In this document: piece by piece, positions 59,232 to 64,000 of the stretch | How positions within the stretch are numbered: position 1 is the first letter of the stretch | Layout of the letters: the number at the start of each line of letters is the position of its first letter | The notes under the pieces: model-generated | The model's database searches: none | The model's input: the letters and a program-made list of their open reading frames with translations, nothing else | Told to the model about the DNA's origin: nothing | Made by a program: the position numbers and the translations under genes | From: an uncultured virus (IMG/VR IMGVR_UViG_3300008113_000017) | Taxonomy: Duplodnaviria > Heunggongvirae > Uroviricota > Caudoviricetes | IMG/VR virus record: IMGVR_UViG_3300008113_000017 | Reading direction: 5' to 3' (one strand) | Length of the DNA stretch: 64,000 bases

Positions 59232-62200
59232 TTACTCCTCATCTTTGGATTCATCAGTAGATTTTTGAACAGCGTTTCCAATACTATATCCGTCCAGAGG
59301 GCTCCAGTCTCCGAGCTCTGTCCCAAGAATATAGTCTACAGCTTTTTGAGCCTGGCTAGTTGCGCTAATGATCTCATCTGGGTTAGATTTTAGGTGCTTT
59401 AGCCAACTTTGAACGTAAGCTGCACTATTATCAAATACTGCATCAACGCCAAACATATTACCTAGAAGAGCGGCTCCAATTTCAGCAATAAGTTCTTCTC
59501 TAGCTCTGGACTCTAGATCTGTTTCATAGTCTTTAGTTAGATCTGATCTATCTAAGCGATTTGGATGACCAGTGCTGTGTACCAGCTCATGGGCAATGGT
59601 ATCAAACAGATCTTCAGGAGATTCAAACTGCTCTAGATTAGGAAGGGTCACTTGGTCAGAGATAGTTCCCCAGCTTGGTGCTTGGTGAGCACCGCCAACT
59701 CCAACGTACTTGTGAGTGACGTTAGGTGCTTTTCCAGTTCTAGCGGCCATAGCTTTCTTGTATCTTTCAACAATAAACTCTTGTGCATCCAGTGGAGTCA
59801 TCTTAGGAAGAGATTCTGTAGAAAGATCAGGCAAGTTTAGACCATCAATCTGTTCAGCATTGAATACTGCCATAGCTTTGAACATGGTGAATGATCTAGT
59901 CTTATTTGGGTCTTTCTCATCCTTTTGGACTATACGCATAGGAACAAGAATGAATGTACCCTTCTCACCCTTACGGACTTGACCACCCATCTGCTCTGCC
60001 TGCTTATAGGTCATCCATCTAGGATCGCTGTACCCGTTTTCTTCTTGAGCAAATCTAAGTGCCATTGCGTTAACACCAGAGTAGATATGCTTAGAAGATG
60101 GGTTTCTAGGCAGACCCATACCAGCGTACTTTTCGCCTTCTTTATAAGGTTTACGCCAAGGAGTCTCGCCCTGCTTAATCTTTTCAAACAGGCCGGCCAT
60201 AACTTTTTCTGTGGCAGTTTTGCTGTCAGAAACGACTTTCTTACCAGTACGACTCTTACCACCAGGCTTTTGAGCAAAGCCAGTTATTTCTGGGTTTTCA
60301 TCAGATCCCGGGGTTCCAGGCGGATAAGCAGAAGGAGCATCCTCTGGTCTTAAGTTCGTGTCAGGGTTCCAGCTACGTGGGCCAGGATATCCTGGAACAC
60401 CAGCCTGCTCCATCATGTCAACAGAGCTGTTAATCCATGGAGGAAGAACATCATTACCTAGTACAAAATCTACAGCTATCTCTGCTTCGGCCATAGCTTT
60501 AGTTATTTCAGCGTCACTTAAGCGGTGAGATTTTAGGTACTCAGCTGTTCTATTTGGATCATGGTTAATTCCTAGACGCTGTAGTAACAGCTGTGATGCA
60601 ATTTCAGCCACAGCTTCTTCCCTAGCTCTTTGCGGATCGGTAACACCTCTTCCAGCAAGATGGCCTTCTCTTCCAAGTCTACGTCTAGTTCCGCTAGCAT
60701 GGGCAAGTTCGTGGAATAGACTGTATAGATAATCCTCCGGACTATCGTACTTACTTCTATCCGGAAGCCTAATTGATTCAACACCTTCACTTACAGACCA
60801 GAATGGAGTTATAGGTTTTCCTTTATTAGGTCCTTCTTTTGTCTCAATACCAATCAGATCTTCGTAGACCTTTAGTCTTCCAGATCCACCACGCTTCTTT
60901 TCAGCTTCAGCAAATCTACCAAGAACGAATTCCAAAGCCTGAGAAGCTGTCATTTTTTGCTGCTGCTTAGGGTTGTATGGCTCTAATCCATCCATCTGAG
61001 CTGCGTTAAACACAGTCACAGGAGTCTGAACAAGTACACGTTCTCCGGTATCCTCGTTTTCAATAGTGCGGAATGTCATAATCCGAACACCCTGCTCACC
61101 ATCACGTATCTTTGCGCCCATTTTTTTAGCCTGAGCTACAGACATCCATCTTGGATCTGTATATCCTCTCTCGGCTGCAGCTGCGGCAAGTGCGTGGTGG
61201 TTTATACCACTGTATTGGTGCTCTGAAGATGGGTTGAATGGCATGTTGCTAGGATTAACCGGAGCAGACATTGGGTCTTCAGCAGGATACTCAGAGTATG
61301 GTTTGTCGTAATCACCTGTACGATATGGCCTAGGGTTTTTAATACGCTCACGGAAAATGTCAAGCATCTTGGCTGCAGCTGATTTATTATCAGCTACGGC
61401 TTTAGCTTTCTTTTCTTCAAAAGTTTTAGCTGGAACGGTTTCAGATGGAAGCGTTTGAGCAAAGCCATCTACATCTTCACCGCCCCTAATTTTGTCATCT
61501 TTTAGTGCAGCGTCTGCAGCATCTAAATTATCAGTAAAGTCTTTAGCAACCTTATCAACGGTAGGAGCTTCAATAGCTTTTGGAGTAGCTGGTTTCTTTG
61601 GCTTTAGATCTTCTGGGTGATTTTTCTTCCAACGATCTTTAGCAATTCTTGCAGCAAGTTTTGCTTTCTTAATTGCAGCAGATAGCTCAGAGATAGCAGC
61701 CATCTTCTCTTCAACGCCCTTAGACTTCTTCAAGTTGTCGATAGCTTTTTGTAGATCGGCTTTGACGTAACGCATGTTGTTTACGAATTCGCCGACGTTG
61801 TTTACATCTTCACGAACCTTGGAGGTCTTACCCTTCCATTCGTCAAATAGACCTAGGGCGTTGCTTAGCGAAGCTATAGCCTCTAAAATACGGTGAGGAC
61901 GCTTAGGTTGTTTTCCACCAAGCTGAGCAAATCCAGCTTCATCTACTCCAGCAGGAAGTATTTGAGTGTTTTTACCTGGAGTTTGTGCAAAACCTACGTT
62001 ATCTGACTTAGTGTTGTCAGGGGTCTCTACTAGGTCGAGCTCTACAGTTAAGTTTCCATTTGAATCTTCTTTAACTGAAGTAACCTTAAATTTTGAATTT
62101 CTTGGTAATATAACTTCATCTTCAGCGTATCTAGATAATGCAGACCCCATAGAATATCCGGTTAATTTAGATCCTTTAGGCGAAAGTGCATATGTTATTG

Positions 62201-64000
62201 ATTTGCCAGTAAGTCGATTTCCGGTGAGTGCCTGTACAGGATTTACAAATAAATCAATCGAGTTTAAATCTGTAGAAGTTGACATAAAGCCAGGGTCAAT
62301 AAATTCAGCTCCAGGGACTAAAGCCTTTTTAGCTTTTTCAAAGTCATCTAGTCCCCTACGAGATTCACCAAGTGTAACTACTTTTCCATCACTAAAAAAC
62401 TCTCCTCTAAACAATCTAGAAGCTATTAGGGGATTTTTTGAAGTTAAAGAGTCTAGCCCACGGACTACAGATTCTTGATCTTTAGGAACAGGTGTACCAG
62501 TCCTTAATGCTTTATTTATAGGTATATAAGCTGCACGAGTGCTATATTTTCTAGCAGCACTTGACTCATCTTTTGTAATAACATCTTTTGAAGATAAGCC
62601 TTTAGACAGATCTGCTGGTGGAGTAAATGTAGATTTTCTAGCTTTAAGTTGTCGCCAATCAAAATCTCCGGACTTCATTTTAAAGAAATCGTTGTCAGAT
62701 AGGAAATAGTATCCAGCCTGAATTACGTCAAACGTATCTGCATTTTCTTCATCTTCTTCATCAGCATCTTCATCAAAAATAGATTCGTTTAGACTAATAC
62801 GATACAGTCCAGTGTTAGAGTCGGATGGATTTCCGGTTACTTGATCAAGAGTAATTCCTGTAAACTCTGCTTCATCACTTCCAAGAACTTCTTTACCGGG
62901 TTCTGCATACCTGCTAGTTACTGATCTATTCAAATCCTGAAATCCTAGGGGAAGAGTGTCACTGTCAATAGACACATTAAACTTAGTCTTGTCCCCACGT
63001 TTTAAAGTTTTATTTTCCAGTGTTACTGTTCTGCTACCGTCTGAAGACTCTACAGACTTTCTAGAAGACTCTAATTTTTTATCTTCTTCGGCAGCTTGCT
63101 CACGTAGTTTTTGTCGTAAATCCTCTCTAGCTGCTTGTAATTTTAAAAATTTTGAACTATTTGTATATTCTCTAGTGTCTTCATAAGACACGTAATCATC
63201 AATTTCAGCACCTTCAAAAGGTTTTTTTGGATCAGCATTAAGCCTTTTTTCTAAAGATTCTTTAGTTACAATTGCATATTCCGGAGCTATTCGCTCTGCT
63301 TCAACAGCTTCCCACCCAATATCATCTCCCTCTTGCATCTCGTATTCTTCTTTAGACAATCCATTTTCATCTAATTCAACAGGGTAGTCGTTATCTTTAA
63401 ATTCTTCGGTTCTAAAAATAAATTTATCTTTGTCTTCTTCTTTACCAGTGATGTCAAATAAAGTTACTCCAGTGTACCTAGATGGAAATCTTTCTAGCCT
63501 AGGTTCTTCACCAAAACCAATATCGTCACCGAGATAGTCTGTGAATCCAGTGACTCCCTCAAAATGTTTTTCATAATCATCTAGCCCGGTGCCCGACTCA
63601 TAAGATCTGTCAAGTGGATACCAATCTCCTGGATTAATTTTGTTTCCGGAAGATAGAGTTATAGGAGTGTCTCCAAATACATCTCCCTGTACCTTGTTAA
63701 ATCCAGGTTTTCTAGGTTTAGAAAATTTTCCTTCTTTTTGAGCAAAGCCGTCGTAATCAACGGTGTCGAACTCAGCGGTTCTAAGCATGATTTGACGTTC
63801 AGCTTCTTTAAAAGCTTCACTTGCGTCAATTCCAAGATCTACTTTTTCTTTAGGCTTGTCGCTAAAAGTAGCGGTAAATCTGCCACCCTTTTCCAAAATG
63901 TCGGTGACTAGACCGTTTTCCTCACGAGTCCAACGACTAATGTCTTTTTTAGCGTCTTTCTCTGTAGTAGCATCTACAAACTTACGTTCCGCCGCTGTTT
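59232..64000 (-). CDS. Giant polyvalent protein (5'-truncated): VIP2/Alt-like ADP-ribosyltransferase plus two ArdC-N/zincin (MPTase) modules
   Basis: Frame is open to the window edge; ART motifs Y..IN..LR, LFRG, GFMSTS, EDEVILPR; two copies of P.NP.S.H.YSG.N...L...YxDPRW...QA...G...R.GE.G with HELAH/HELVH...RAREE..AE. Confidence 0.9.
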   Translation of the reverse strand, partial: TAAERKFVDATTEKDAKKDISRWTREENGLVTDILEKGGRFTATFSDKPKEKVDLGIDASEAFKEAERQIMLRTAEFDTVDYDGFAQKEGKFSKPRKPGFNKVQGDVFGDTPITLSSGNKINPGDWYPLDRSYESGTGLDDYEKHFEGVTGFTDYLGDDIGFGEEPRLERFPSRYTGVTLFDITGKEEDKDKFIFRTEEFKDNDYPVELDENGLSKEEYEMQEGDDIGWEAVEAERIAPEYAIVTKESLEKRLNADPKKPFEGAEIDDYVSYEDTREYTNSSKFLKLQAAREDLRQKLREQAAEEDKKLESSRKSVESSDGSRTVTLENKTLKRGDKTKFNVSIDSDTLPLGFQDLNRSVTSRYAEPGKEVLGSDEAEFTGITLDQVTGNPSDSNTGLYRISLNESIFDEDADEEDEENADTFDVIQAGYYFLSDNDFFKMKSGDFDWRQLKARKSTFTPPADLSKGLSSKDVITKDESSAARKYSTRAAYIPINKALRTGTPVPKDQESVVRGLDSLTSKNPLIASRLFRGEFFSDGKVVTLGESRRGLDDFEKAKKALVPGAEFIDPGFMSTSTDLNSIDLFVNPVQALTGNRLTGKSITYALSPKGSKLTGYSMGSALSRYAEDEVILPRNSKFKVTSVKEDSNGNLTVELDLVETPDNTKSDNVGFAQTPGKNTQILPAGVDEAGFAQLGGKQPKRPHRILEAIASLSNALGLFDEWKGKTSKVREDVNNVGEFVNNMRYVKADLQKAIDNLKKSKGVEEKMAAISELSAAIKKAKLAARIAKDRWKKNHPEDLKPKKPATPKAIEAPTVDKVAKDFTDNLDAADAALKDDKIRGGEDVDGFAQTLPSETVPAKTFEEKKAKAVADNKSAAAKMLDIFRERIKNPRPYRTGDYDKPYSEYPAEDPMSAPVNPSNMPFNPSSEHQYSGINHHALAAAAAERGYTDPRWMSVAQAKKMGAKIRDGEQGVRIMTFRTIENEDTGERVLVQTPVTVFNAAQMDGLEPYNPKQQQKMTASQALEFVLGRFAEAEKKRGGSGRLKVYEDLIGIETKEGPNKGKPITPFWSVSEGVESIRLPDRSKYDSPEDYLYSLFHELAHASGTRRRLGREGHLAGRGVTDPQRAREEAVAEIASQLLLQRLGINHDPNRTAEYLKSHRLSDAEITKAMAEAEIAVDFVLGNDVLPPWINSSVDMMEQAGVPGYPGPRSWNPDTNLRPEDAPSAYPPGTPGSDENPEITGFAQKPGGKSRTGKKVVSDSKTATEKVMAGLFEKIKQGETPWRKPYKEGEKYAGMGLPRNPSSKHIYSGVNAMALRFAQEENGYSDPRWMTYKQAEQMGGQVRKGEKGTFILVPMRIVQKDEKDPNKTRSFTMFKAMAVFNAEQIDGLNLPDLSTESLPKMTPLDAQEFIVERYKKAMAARTGKAPNVTHKYVGVGGAHQAPSWGTISDQVTLPNLEQFESPEDLFDTIAHELVHSTGHPNRLDRSDLTKDYETDLESRAREELIAEIGAALLGNMFGVDAVFDNSAAYVQSWLKHLKSNPDEIISATSQAQKAVDYILGTELGDWSPLDGYSIGNAVQKSTDESKDEE

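Noticed and set aside
63896..63896. TTG start given for the 1554-aa ORF
   Set aside because: The frame stays open to the window edge, so the true start is outside the window

Overview
A 64-kb piece of a large tailed (siphovirus-like) phage genome. The host is very probably an actinobacterium: two WhiB genes, DUF3039, an MSMEG_6728/endonuclease-V-like glycosylase, an actinobacterial-type tmRNA, apparent leaderless promoters and a mycobacteriophage cluster-B-like head module. Left (1-10 kb): accessory and host-takeover genes, namely tmRNA, two further structured RNA candidates, adenine methylase, WhiB, GNAT and class II RNR. Middle (10-25 kb): replication and recombination genes (PolA, RuvC-like, SNF2 helicase, Cas4-like nuclease, AAA ATPase, SSB, primase-helicase) and a serine resolvase with a 12-2-12 palindrome. 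Right (26-64 kb, minus strand): virion module with a 3136-aa tail fibre, tail tip, tape measure, chaperones, tube, two capsid proteins and a multidomain prohead protease. It ends in a giant 5'-truncated polyvalent protein carrying an ADP-ribosyltransferase and two ArdC/zincin modules. Top candidates for novelty: (1) the polyvalent protein's domains are separated by five GFAQ motifs, suggesting a processed virion-delivered effector polyprotein; (2) a small RNA antisense to the RBS of the replication genes; (3) a pseudoknotted orphan RNA and a tRNA-like cloverleaf near the tmRNA. All calls come from reading motifs by eye; no searches were run.
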